This document shows, piece by piece, positions 47,349 to 56,687 of a DNA stretch of 64,000 nt. The translations under genes were made by a program, and so were the position numbers. Within the stretch, counting starts at the first letter, position 1. Each line of letters starts with the position of its first letter. The notes under the pieces were generated by a model. That model was not told the DNA's origin. It saw nothing but the letters and a program-made list of their open reading frames with translations, and ran no database searches. Origin of the DNA: a virus (Duplodnaviria; Caudoviricetes); IMG/VR virus record IMGVR_UViG_3300027754_000035, one strand, 5' to 3'.

Positions 47349-50300
47349 ATGGCAACACCAAAAACAGATTTAAGTAACACCCCAAGCTGGGCAACACCTC
47401 GCACAGGCGAGATTCGTGAAGAAATTCGTTGGTGGGAAGCCCAAAATATTCCGTGGCAAATTGTGCGAGAATTGCGTCGCAGAAGCAGCAATGTAAATCA
47501 TGGTCAGTATGCAACTGTGAATGTTGTGACTGATTTCAAAAATCAACATGAAAAATACAGAGGACCACTTACTCCTTGGGTACGAGCATTTTCAAATGGA
47601 ACCGGCAACGTCGTAAATCAAACAATACCAACCAGCACATATTTGTACAAGAATGGACAACTACCTGCGTATAGGGGATTTTTGTTGCAAGGTGGTGACG
47701 GATTTGATAATGCTTATGGTTACAAGCGTCAAGGAAATGTGTTGGTGGAAGACAAAGCAATCATTGGATATCAATCCGATGGTGCTCCACATTACATAGA
47801 CCCCAAGTATAGAACTGCATATTCGTATAATAATCAAGACAACAATCCCCAATTTCCTCAAAATTCAGCGGTACCTTCAGTTTTGCCGCCGCCTGGTATT
47901 ACGTCTGTACAAGTCAGAACCAACAAGGATATGATGAGCACAGCAACCATTCAGTGGAAATGTTATGGTCTGGCCCAACTGGAATACATGATGCCATTTT
48001 GGCTGAGTCCCAAAATCAATGTATTTTTGGAGTTTGGTTGGAATTTATACAACAATGCGTCGTTGTTGGAGTTGAATAATGAGAATAAATGTTACGAGTT
48101 GATACTGCGACCAGAACTGGCATTGGAGCAGTATTACAACAGTTTTGGTAATTATGGATTAATAACGGGCATCATTAGTAAATATAATTTCAGTACAGAT
48201 GACGGGTTTGTATACACATGTAATACCGATATTATCAGTCGTCAGGCCATGTATTCTGGTTTTCGTGTGGATAATCCAACGGTCACTGACAACCAAGATG
48301 GTACCACCACAGAATATGTAGATTTCAAAGAATGTTTAACCACATATTTACCATTTATCAAGCAAGTTGTTGAAAATCGTGCCAACTACATGGATTACAT
48401 CATCAAAAATGCTGATAAACTACTCGCAACAAATAAAAAGGGTGCCAAGGATAAACAAAAGAGTGCTCAATTAGCAACAATGTTGCGTGTGCAACCAGAT
48501 AATAAAGATCCGCTCAACATATTTTACAATGGTAAACCCGAGAATCGAATTTTTATGGGTAGGTATGAGAGTGTGTATGGAAACCGTAAGTTACCAATAG
48601 CAGGCCAAACTGCTGGTCAAATGGATGCCGCCCGAGCGAGCCAAAATTTTGCCGGTGGTCTGGGTGGTGCGTATATACAACCACAGACATATACACAAAC
48701 TCCTAGCATCAGTGGTGTTATCAAATATGGCTCCACCACGTCGGCCAAGTGGGCTGGCCGTGAAATTATTTCATTTGCCGACAAGGATACTGACTTTGAT
48801 TTTGTGGAAGATGGCAACGACGAGGTTTGGTTCCAGATGGATTTTGTATTTGAATTACTCAATTTATTTTGTTCCGAGAAGACAACCAAGAACAACAAAA
48901 TTGATATTTCGGATTTTATTGTTAGTGCGCACCCAAATTTAATTTCGTGTGATCGAGATGTGTTGATCCCAAATTCTATTGCTCCCAAAATCAATATGGG
49001 GCGACAGCCTCGGACTGCAACCGAGACTCGCCCAGGCCAAGACGGTTATTTAGATAGCGTGGATGCAACATCCAACCCGTTCTTGACACAATACTATGCT
49101 AGTGACTATACGCTTGCCATCGCCGCCGGAGAGACAGCGGAAAAATCCACAACAAACAGTGCAGTAAATAATGTTGATTCTGGTATTTGGCGAGCAGCAA
49201 GAAAGGCAAGAACCACATTCAAGACTCTCGGCTCACCCCGTGATGATTTAGATAGTTTGATCAACAAGCTGTACTATCAAATTAGTGGTCCAGACGTAGG
49301 TACAGCAGCATTTCCTTTCAAGGAAAAGAAAGTAATAGGTACCCGAACCTATCAAGCATATTACCACGGATATTTCAAACATATATACATCAGCAAAAGC
49401 AAACTAATTGAGATTGGTAAAGATGGATCAATTAAAACCTTGCAGCAGATGGTCAACAAGATTCTGAATGTAATCAACGAATCGGTAGACAATTTTTGGA
49501 AGTTTGAAGTAGTGGAAAATCCACAAGGTGGTATGGCGATCATTGATAAAAATTTAATTATGCCACAAGGTACCAATCTTTATCAATTTGATATTGGTTC
49601 AACCAGTGGTGTGATCAAAAAGTTTAGTTTTGATGTAAACATGACCAACGAACAAGTCAATCAAGTATTGTATGGTAGTGGTCAAAATGCTGCTAATATT
49701 GCAAATGAAGTCACCAAGGTCGCCGGTGATCCGGCGACCACACTTGATCAAAAACGAATCAAGATTACTCAAATAGGTTGCGGAATTCCGGCGATTGCAT
49801 TCACAGACAGATTTGAATCTCGTCAGTTGCGGGACACGATTGCTAAAAAATTGGAACAACTTGACAAGGAGGAAAAGCTCGCACAAAACAAACCAAATGC
49901 TACTACATCGCCCCCACAAGATAACGATAGGGTACCCCACGGTCCAATCGTTGATAAAAATGAAGCGATTCGTCAATTACAAACGCATGGTAAACAAAGT
50001 GATGATGTGTTGGTTATGCGTATTCGGGCAAAAACCGCCAACGAAGATATTTATGCACCGATTGAAGAAAGTAGTTATAAAACACAAATACTAGGAATTT
50101 CTAATCCGTTTTCTGGAACAGTTAAAACGTCATCCGCACTATTTGGTTGGGTATATTTGAATTTACCCGGCAGCATGAAAGGTAAACTACGTGAAATGTT
50201 GGATGATGGTGATACCAAAAACAACACGGCCCGTTATGCTGGACCAGCGGATAACTTTACACTATCATTGACACTTGATGGTATTATGGGTTTTCGTATG

Positions 50301-50468
50301 TTCCAACACTTTTCGGTTTCCAATTTACCAAAACCATATGTGCCGGGTAATGTAATATTTATGGTCACCGAAGTTGAGCATCAACTCAATGCTGGTAAGT
50401 GGGAAACTGTGGTAACCGCACTGTTGAAACCAGCCAATGATAGGTTGTTCAATTATATACCTATATGA
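47349..50468 (+). CDS. Large baseplate hub-like protein
   Basis: 1039 aa; PGITSVQV, VFLEFGWN, LTLDGIMGF..FMVTEVEHQL..WET; follows the LysM gene. Confidence 0.6.
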   Translation: MATPKTDLSNTPSWATPRTGEIREEIRWWEAQNIPWQIVRELRRRSSNVNHGQYATVNVVTDFKNQHEKYRGPLTPWVRAFSNGTGNVVNQTIPTSTYLYKNGQLPAYRGFLLQGGDGFDNAYGYKRQGNVLVEDKAIIGYQSDGAPHYIDPKYRTAYSYNNQDNNPQFPQNSAVPSVLPPPGITSVQVRTNKDMMSTATIQWKCYGLAQLEYMMPFWLSPKINVFLEFGWNLYNNASLLELNNENKCYELILRPELALEQYYNSFGNYGLITGIISKYNFSTDDGFVYTCNTDIISRQAMYSGFRVDNPTVTDNQDGTTTEYVDFKECLTTYLPFIKQVVENRANYMDYIIKNADKLLATNKKGAKDKQKSAQLATMLRVQPDNKDPLNIFYNGKPENRIFMGRYESVYGNRKLPIAGQTAGQMDAARASQNFAGGLGGAYIQPQTYTQTPSISGVIKYGSTTSAKWAGREIISFADKDTDFDFVEDGNDEVWFQMDFVFELLNLFCSEKTTKNNKIDISDFIVSAHPNLISCDRDVLIPNSIAPKINMGRQPRTATETRPGQDGYLDSVDATSNPFLTQYYASDYTLAIAAGETAEKSTTNSAVNNVDSGIWRAARKARTTFKTLGSPRDDLDSLINKLYYQISGPDVGTAAFPFKEKKVIGTRTYQAYYHGYFKHIYISKSKLIEIGKDGSIKTLQQMVNKILNVINESVDNFWKFEVVENPQGGMAIIDKNLIMPQGTNLYQFDIGSTSGVIKKFSFDVNMTNEQVNQVLYGSGQNAANIANEVTKVAGDPATTLDQKRIKITQIGCGIPAIAFTDRFESRQLRDTIAKKLEQLDKEEKLAQNKPNATTSPPQDNDRVPHGPIVDKNEAIRQLQTHGKQSDDVLVMRIRAKTANEDIYAPIEESSYKTQILGISNPFSGTVKTSSALFGWVYLNLPGSMKGKLREMLDDGDTKNNTARYAGPADNFTLSLTLDGIMGFRMFQHFSVSNLPKPYVPGNVIFMVTEVEHQLNAGKWETVVTALLKPANDRLFNYIPI

Positions 50469-50851
50469 TATTAGATACCGATTTAACTTTGAAAAATCGT
50501 CTGGGGTTGGACAATTTTAACTTTATGATACCTGCTACGTATTTTCCTACACCAAATAAGAACAATTACGATGATGGTTCATTTGTTCGGTATTTTATCA
50601 ACAAACGCAACCAAAATCAAATCATTGAAACAAATGCCAGAGACTACTCTGCTACAAATGATTGGTTTTTTATCAAGGGCGAATTAACTTGGCAACTTAC
50701 GGGTGTGCGCAATAACCAGTACAATGGTAAGATGTTGGTGGAGCCTGGTGTTGAAGAATACAACATTATTCAGATCAACAATCTCAAAAAAACAATGCCT
50801 GGCATTGAGAATATATTAACCAACCCAGTACAGTTTTGGCAAGGTTATTAA
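50465..50851 (+). CDS. Conserved hypothetical (baseplate region)
   Basis: YFPTP..YDDGSFVRYFINKRN; overlaps upstream stop. Confidence 0.55.
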   Translation: MILDTDLTLKNRLGLDNFNFMIPATYFPTPNKNNYDDGSFVRYFINKRNQNQIIETNARDYSATNDWFFIKGELTWQLTGVRNNQYNGKMLVEPGVEEYNIIQINNLKKTMPGIENILTNPVQFWQGY

Positions 50852-50856
50852 CAAAG

Positions 50857-50884
50857 TTGACTTTCGCAGAAATTCTGATACACT
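50857..50884 (+). promoter_or_regulatory. sigma70-like promoter
   Basis: TTGACT-16 nt-TACACT with extended TG; 6 nt before GTG 50891. Confidence 0.6.
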
Positions 50885-50890
50885 CAGAAT

Positions 50891-52177
50891 GTGCAGGAAC
50901 AGTCTAAAATTTACATCAAGTTGATTTTGCGAGATGGATATGTGCATCCATCGCAAGACACTCCTATTGCTGCGTTTCTCTACAACTACAATACACAGAC
51001 CAGAGAATACTATAATTTCGCACATCCCGATGTAATCAGCAATAGTACATTCAAACAGTTCAAACAACTGATTGTGAATAAAAAGGTGTATGTTCGCAAC
51101 AAAAAACGCAATCGATATCATCTTAATGATATTGATCTTTACGATGTGAACCTGTTTCCATTTCTAAAAAGTGGAGATATTATTGAAACGTCGGATCATC
51201 TTTTCACATCACATTTGCGCATGACGCATCACAAGATCAAAGATACAAACATTATTGTGCCGTATGCAATTCACCAAAATGAATTTGACGATGAAATTTT
51301 TGTGGTAAAAGATTTTGATTCTGAGAAGACTGATAGTTACTGTTACAAATTTTTCAACAACATTGTTAGTGATACATTGTTTGAGGTAGAAAAGAATGGA
51401 CTTCAAATTGATACCAAGATATTCACAACACACTTTGATGCCAAGGTTCGCAACAACATGGTGTACAGTGAGTACAACATTTACAATCCAACTGGTCGGC
51501 CCAGCAACCGATTCGACAATGTAAACTATGTGGCTCTCAACAAAGAAGATGGATGTCGAGCTAGTTTTGTATCACGATATACCAATGGAAAATTGTTGTT
51601 GGTAGACTTCACTGGGTTTCATCCATATATTGTTGCCAATTTGACTGGCTACAAAGTGCCTGACAACGAAACTGTGTATGAGCACTTGGCAAAACAATAC
51701 TATGGTGTTGATGTGGTCAGCAAGGAACTATTGGGTAAATCCAAGAAACTCACAATGGTCAATCTGTATGGTCAAATATCCAAACAATACATACAAATAC
51801 CTTATTTTACACAGACCGAAGAATTGAAGGAAAAATACTGGACAACGTTTATAGAAAAGGGATATGTAAAAACTCCGATTTATAAGCGCAAGATCACCGC
51901 AAACCATATCTCGGATCCCAATAAAAATAAGCTATTTGCATACATAATTCAGGCCACCGAAACTGAATATGGTCTCAATAGTTTGAGTAATTGCCTCAAG
52001 TATGTATTTGGTAAACCAATCACTCCGATTTTCTATATCTACGATAGTGTGGTGTTTGACATAGCCGATACCGTGAACCAAGCCGAAATCGACGAGTTGG
52101 TGAATATTATCAAGAATAGACGATTCAAGGTCAAGGTATATATGGGAAATAATTACAATGATTTGGCATTAGTCTGA
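50891..52177 (+). CDS. Divergent family A DNA polymerase domain protein
   Basis: EKNGLQID, TGRPS, VNYVALNK, motif A VDFTGFHP, motif B KKLTMVNLYG, IQATETE, motif C IYDSVVFD. Confidence 0.75.
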   Translation: MQEQSKIYIKLILRDGYVHPSQDTPIAAFLYNYNTQTREYYNFAHPDVISNSTFKQFKQLIVNKKVYVRNKKRNRYHLNDIDLYDVNLFPFLKSGDIIETSDHLFTSHLRMTHHKIKDTNIIVPYAIHQNEFDDEIFVVKDFDSEKTDSYCYKFFNNIVSDTLFEVEKNGLQIDTKIFTTHFDAKVRNNMVYSEYNIYNPTGRPSNRFDNVNYVALNKEDGCRASFVSRYTNGKLLLVDFTGFHPYIVANLTGYKVPDNETVYEHLAKQYYGVDVVSKELLGKSKKLTMVNLYGQISKQYIQIPYFTQTEELKEKYWTTFIEKGYVKTPIYKRKITANHISDPNKNKLFAYIIQATETEYGLNSLSNCLKYVFGKPITPIFYIYDSVVFDIADTVNQAEIDELVNIIKNRRFKVKVYMGNNYNDLALV

Positions 52178-52198
52178 AGTCAAACATATTTATAATTG

Positions 52199-54094
52199 AT
52201 GAAATTCGAATCAATTATAAACGACGTTTGTTGTGACGATAGAATCAAGGATGGTACTCTGCGCCTTGAAAACCCAGAACACGTATTTGTTTTGCAAGAA
52301 TACTTGGAAAAAGCTGGTTACAACATCAATGAAATTGTAGCCAAGACTGCCAAGTTATTTATTGAAGGTAGATTCCCAGACCGTCAAGCTTATAATAAAG
52401 ATGGTATTCTGGTAACATTTCCAAGCAAAGAATATCGTACCCGAGCCGTAGATAAAGGAACTCACTTTGCAGAAAATCCCAAGAAGAATGCTGGTACTTT
52501 ATATTCACCATCTGATACTGGAGATTTATCAACATCTGATGTTTCGACAGATTCAACCAATACTGATGCCACACCCAAGAAAAAATCTGACACAGTATCT
52601 CTTGACCAAGAGTTGAATAAAAAGGTGGCTGGCGATGTTGATGTTGATAATCGTAGCACCAAGGATAAAGTGCAAGATGCTGAGGCTGTACAAAGTATTT
52701 TAACTACCGCTGCTCCACTGGTAAATTACAGTGTGGATGAAGCAAAAAAATTTGGATTCTACAACAAAGGATTTGATTGGTATGATTGCGATGGAAATCT
52801 ACTAGGTGAGCAAATCTATGATGACTTATCGGGTCAAGTGATGATTCAGGCTGAACGCACTACAACCAACGAAACAAAACCCGCTCCGGCCGGCAAATTC
52901 AAATCAATAGACCTTGAAAACTTCTTAGCATACGAAATTAATAGCTATGCCAAAACAAAGAAGTTTGTTACCCAGAACGCAACTGCACAAATTTTAGCCA
53001 AAAGCTTGGTTGATAAGTATAAAATAAAAGATTGCATAAACCTTGGAAAAACAGGCTGCAAAATTACAAATCCTTTGTTTGCTCAAATCAAAGAAACATC
53101 AAAAACAGATCTTGTTCTGATTGGTAATACAAAAATGCGTGCAAGTTTGAAAGAAAACGGCGCACAAGGTTGCAGCGCACAAAACCGTGAGGTCAACGCC
53201 ATCATTACCACGGTTTTGCAAGAAACCGGAGAAAGCCAGCAAACGATGGAAAGCGTGAGTTCGTTTATCATGGATGGTATCAAACAAAAGTTCTATGTAC
53301 CTTTGCAAGACGAAGTTAAAAGTAAGCTACAAAAAAGTCTTACAAAGGTTATAAATGGTAAAAGCATCGATTCAATCAAAAAAGATATTGCGTCTGTGGA
53401 GTCAATCATCAAGACCAATAAAGATTATGTCATCAACGGAGAAATCCCACTGGACATGACAATGGTGTTGGCCAAGATCAATGAAGTGTTTAACCAACCA
53501 GAAAAGCGTTATATGTTTATCGAAGAAATGCTCACTGGCAAGAGAAGGTTTAGATCTGGTGCCAAGTTGGGTGGAGGTGCGGGTGATGTACAGTGTGTTG
53601 CGGACCATATGATGACTTGGAATCGTGAAGGTAACTATCATCTATACACGGTTCAAGACTTCATCGACAACAATCAAAACAACATCACGTTTAGATTTTC
53701 AAATCGTGGCGGCGACCGAGGCATGGCTGTTCGTAGCGATTTTGCGAACATGTTCAACGAATCTATTCTGGACGAAGGCTTGTTTGACATGCTCAAACAA
53801 GCTGGAGCATCAATCACAAAGTTCTTTTCGGATATTACCACACAAATTTCTTCTTTGTATGGTGAAGCAAAAGCCTATTTCACAAAAGTTTATGAATCGA
53901 TCAAATCTGGACTTGAAAGCATCTATGAAGCCATTCTGAAGTTTGGTCGATTCTTGAAAGAAATTATCAAGGCCGGCTGGGCAACATTTGCAGACTGGGT
54001 GGGTATCGAAAGTGAGGCAACTGGCACTTGGAACAATCTAATGCCAACATCATCGTCATCGGTTTCTGAGCCAGATGTAATTTCACAAGTATGA
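52199..54094 (+). CDS. Large hypothetical protein with PD-(D/E)xK-like C-terminal half
   Basis: ATG 4 nt after TATTTATA; SKTDLVLIG..ASLKENGAQ..EMLTG segment. Confidence 0.5.
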   Translation: MKFESIINDVCCDDRIKDGTLRLENPEHVFVLQEYLEKAGYNINEIVAKTAKLFIEGRFPDRQAYNKDGILVTFPSKEYRTRAVDKGTHFAENPKKNAGTLYSPSDTGDLSTSDVSTDSTNTDATPKKKSDTVSLDQELNKKVAGDVDVDNRSTKDKVQDAEAVQSILTTAAPLVNYSVDEAKKFGFYNKGFDWYDCDGNLLGEQIYDDLSGQVMIQAERTTTNETKPAPAGKFKSIDLENFLAYEINSYAKTKKFVTQNATAQILAKSLVDKYKIKDCINLGKTGCKITNPLFAQIKETSKTDLVLIGNTKMRASLKENGAQGCSAQNREVNAIITTVLQETGESQQTMESVSSFIMDGIKQKFYVPLQDEVKSKLQKSLTKVINGKSIDSIKKDIASVESIIKTNKDYVINGEIPLDMTMVLAKINEVFNQPEKRYMFIEEMLTGKRRFRSGAKLGGGAGDVQCVADHMMTWNREGNYHLYTVQDFIDNNQNNITFRFSNRGGDRGMAVRSDFANMFNESILDEGLFDMLKQAGASITKFFSDITTQISSLYGEAKAYFTKVYESIKSGLESIYEAILKFGRFLKEIIKAGWATFADWVGIESEATGTWNNLMPTSSSSVSEPDVISQV

Positions 54095-54489
54095 TTCCTC
54101 AAAAACAACTTCTTTGCACATTTTCGACCAGTGATAAATACCTTGATGTTGTCAAAGCAATCGCCGGGGTGTATGAACTGCCCGACAAGAAAATGTTTTT
54201 GTTTGTCAATGAAAAAAATATACGAGAAATTTATTTGACGTTCAACGTGGTCAAAAATCCAGATAGCAAAGTCAAATACCCCAACACCATCAGTGTTCAC
54301 AGAAAAAAGCAAACCAATACGTTGTACACTCTCAACGCCATGAATAGGTTGATTGAGGATGAGAACAATGGTGTGTTTGATAAGAGTTACCAATTAAATT
54401 GGGATTTATATAAAAACAGTATTATACTGACTTCAGATCCTGGTGTGAAAATAGTATCGTTGCGACTGTTTTCTATACTGCCCATTTGA
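54091..54489 (+). CDS. Conserved hypothetical protein
   Basis: LLCTF..TISVHRKKQTNTLYTLNAMN. Confidence 0.6.
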   Translation: MIPQKQLLCTFSTSDKYLDVVKAIAGVYELPDKKMFLFVNEKNIREIYLTFNVVKNPDSKVKYPNTISVHRKKQTNTLYTLNAMNRLIEDENNGVFDKSYQLNWDLYKNSIILTSDPGVKIVSLRLFSILPI

Positions 54490-54503
54490 TACTTATTTAT
54501 AGC

Positions 54504-54532
54504 TTGACCGCACAGCTACTTAGGTGTAGAGT
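54504..54532 (+). promoter_or_regulatory. sigma70-like promoter upstream of the SSB gene
   Basis: TTGACC-17 nt-TAGAGT; TATTTATA just upstream at 54494. Confidence 0.6.
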
Positions 54533-54610
54533 GTATCAAGTTAGTTACACTTCCGAGCTTGAGTGAGCTTGGACACTTAACTAATTAACCAGTAAACTAA
54601 TTAACTAATT

Positions 54611-55477
54611 ATGGCATTAAATATTGCACAATTGAAGAGTCGCTTGAACTCACTTTCAAGCCAAAATACCAACAAGAAGTCTGATCTTATTTGGAAACCA
54701 AAGCCAGGTAAGCAAGTTGTTCGTATCGTTCCCTACAAATACAATCCCGAAAATCCATTCATCGAACTCAAGTTCCATTATAACATCAATGGCAAGACTT
54801 ATTTGAGTCCCGATAGTTTTGGTCGTCCAGATCCTATTGTTGAATTTGCAAACCGTTTGAAGAAGACGGGATCGAAGGAAGATTGGTTGATGGGTCGTAA
54901 GATGGAACCCAAGATGCGCACATTTGCTCCCATCATCGTTCGTGGTGAAGAGAGCGAAGGTGTGAAGTTCTGGGGATTCGGAAAGCAAGTTTACCAAGAA
55001 ATTGGTGCGCTGATCCTCGACGGTGAATTTGGTGATATTACTGACGTGGCAAACGGCCGGGACATCACAGTTGAATTCAAGACGGCAGAAGAGTCTGGTA
55101 AGAGTTTCCCAATCACTACTATTCGTCCCCGTGGTACATCAACCACAGCAGTTGATCCGTCAAAGGCTGAGTTGGTGGAAAGCCTCAAGAATCAGACCAA
55201 CATCTTGGACTTGTTCCCAGAGTTGAGCTATGATGAACTCAAGGATGTTATGGACAAGTGGCTGAACCCTGAGACCGGTGAAACCGAAGCTGTGCCTGTG
55301 GTTGTAGCCGATGATGATGTTGATGTTGATGTTGCACCAGTGGCAACGGTCAAGCCAACAGTCAAGCCATCTGCTCCGGTCACTGTTCCTAAGACTGCAT
55401 CCCCAAGTGCAGCAAAGTCAAAGGCCGGTGCTTCTACTGACGTAGAAAAGGCATTTGATGATTTGTTCAACTCCTAA
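54611..55477 (+). CDS. Single-stranded DNA-binding protein (T4 gp32-like)
   Basis: WKPKPG..VRIVPY, FHYNI, GVKFWGFGK, DITD..GRDITV, acidic C-terminus DVEKAFDDLFNS. Confidence 0.85.
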   Translation: MALNIAQLKSRLNSLSSQNTNKKSDLIWKPKPGKQVVRIVPYKYNPENPFIELKFHYNINGKTYLSPDSFGRPDPIVEFANRLKKTGSKEDWLMGRKMEPKMRTFAPIIVRGEESEGVKFWGFGKQVYQEIGALILDGEFGDITDVANGRDITVEFKTAEESGKSFPITTIRPRGTSTTAVDPSKAELVESLKNQTNILDLFPELSYDELKDVMDKWLNPETGETEAVPVVVADDDVDVDVAPVATVKPTVKPSAPVTVPKTASPSAAKSKAGASTDVEKAFDDLFNS

Positions 55478-55491
55478 ATCCAAATAAAAAT

Positions 55492-55521
55492 AGCTGGCGG
55501 AGTTTTTATGCTCCGCCAGCT
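55492..55521. terminator. 11-bp hairpin between SSB and recA (U-tract only on the minus strand)
   Basis: AGCTGGCGGAG-tttttatg-CTCCGCCAGCT preceded by AAATAAAAAT. Confidence 0.55.
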
Positions 55522-55535
55522 GTCTACATATAGTT

Positions 55536-56681
55536 ATGGCAAAAAAATCAAACAACGGCGGAGCGTCTTCCGATAAAGACGACCTAATTGATCTGCTTCA
55601 AAGTGAGCTTAACAAAGCCAATAAAGATGGTGGAAAGATTGCGTACAGGTTGGACGAACAAGATAGTCCAGCAGATGTTACGGATTGGATCAGTACTGGT
55701 TCATCTATGTTGGATCTTGCTATTAGTAATCGACCACATGGTGGTTTACCGGTGGGAAAAATGGTGGAATTCAACGGACTCGAAGGAACAGGAAAATCTT
55801 TGTTGGCAGCACACGTTGTTGCCGATACGCAAAAAAAGAAAGGACTTGCGGTAGTTATTGATACCGAAAATGCAGCCGCTCCCGATTTCTGGAAGAGTTT
55901 GGGTGTTGATCTATCTAAGTTATTGTATGTTCAATGTGAAACCGTTGAAGATATTTTTGATCAGATGGAGCGTATGATTGCAATTGTCAGAAAAAGCAAC
56001 AAGGATCGTATTCTTACAATCATTGTTGACTCTGTGGCAGCAGCATCAACCAAGGCAGAACAAGAAAGTGAGCACGGCAAGGATGGTTATGCAACGGGTA
56101 AGAGCATCATTATTAGTAAGGCGATGCGCAAGATTACAACCATGCTTGGTAAACAGAAAGTACTTATTGTGTACACCAATCAACTACGGCAGAACTTGAA
56201 AGCAATGGCGTTTAGTGATCCGTATATAGTAAGTGGTGGTAAAGCTCTTGCGTATCACTGTAGCGTTCGTGTTCGGTTGAACAATGCAGGCAAACTCAAA
56301 AAAGGTGATGAAGTCATTGGAAATGAGTGCAAAGCTGTGGTTGTAAAAAACAGAATGGGTCCACCACAGAGAATCACAAATTTCGATATCTATTTTGATA
56401 GCGGAATTGCAGATTATAGCAGTTGGATAAAAGTGCTAAAGGATAATAATATTCTCAAGCAAGGTGGTGCGTATTACACGTATGTTAAAAATGATGGCAC
56501 AGATTGGAAGTTTCAAGCAAAAGATTTCATATCAACACTGCGAAACGACAACGCTCTCAAGGAAGAAGTCTACTTGAAGATTTGTGATGCTGTTATTATG
56601 AAATACAAAGATCCAAACAGCAAGATTGTTGAAGATGTTGAATTGTCAACTGACGATGTGTCGGGATTAGAAGAACCGTAA
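55536..56681 (+). CDS. recA: RecA/UvsX recombinase
   Basis: ISTGSSMLDLAI, GLEGTGKS Walker A, IIVDSVAA Walker B, NQLRQ, GGKALAYHCSVRV. Confidence 0.95.
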   Translation: MAKKSNNGGASSDKDDLIDLLQSELNKANKDGGKIAYRLDEQDSPADVTDWISTGSSMLDLAISNRPHGGLPVGKMVEFNGLEGTGKSLLAAHVVADTQKKKGLAVVIDTENAAAPDFWKSLGVDLSKLLYVQCETVEDIFDQMERMIAIVRKSNKDRILTIIVDSVAAASTKAEQESEHGKDGYATGKSIIISKAMRKITTMLGKQKVLIVYTNQLRQNLKAMAFSDPYIVSGGKALAYHCSVRVRLNNAGKLKKGDEVIGNECKAVVVKNRMGPPQRITNFDIYFDSGIADYSSWIKVLKDNNILKQGGAYYTYVKNDGTDWKFQAKDFISTLRNDNALKEEVYLKICDAVIMKYKDPNSKIVEDVELSTDDVSGLEEP

Positions 56682-56687
56682 ACCATC

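Noticed and set aside
54560-54610. TTAACTAATT repeats in the SSB leader as an autogenous gp32-type operator
   Set aside because: Plausible by analogy to T4 gene 32, but short AT-rich repeats are not distinguishable from background by eye.
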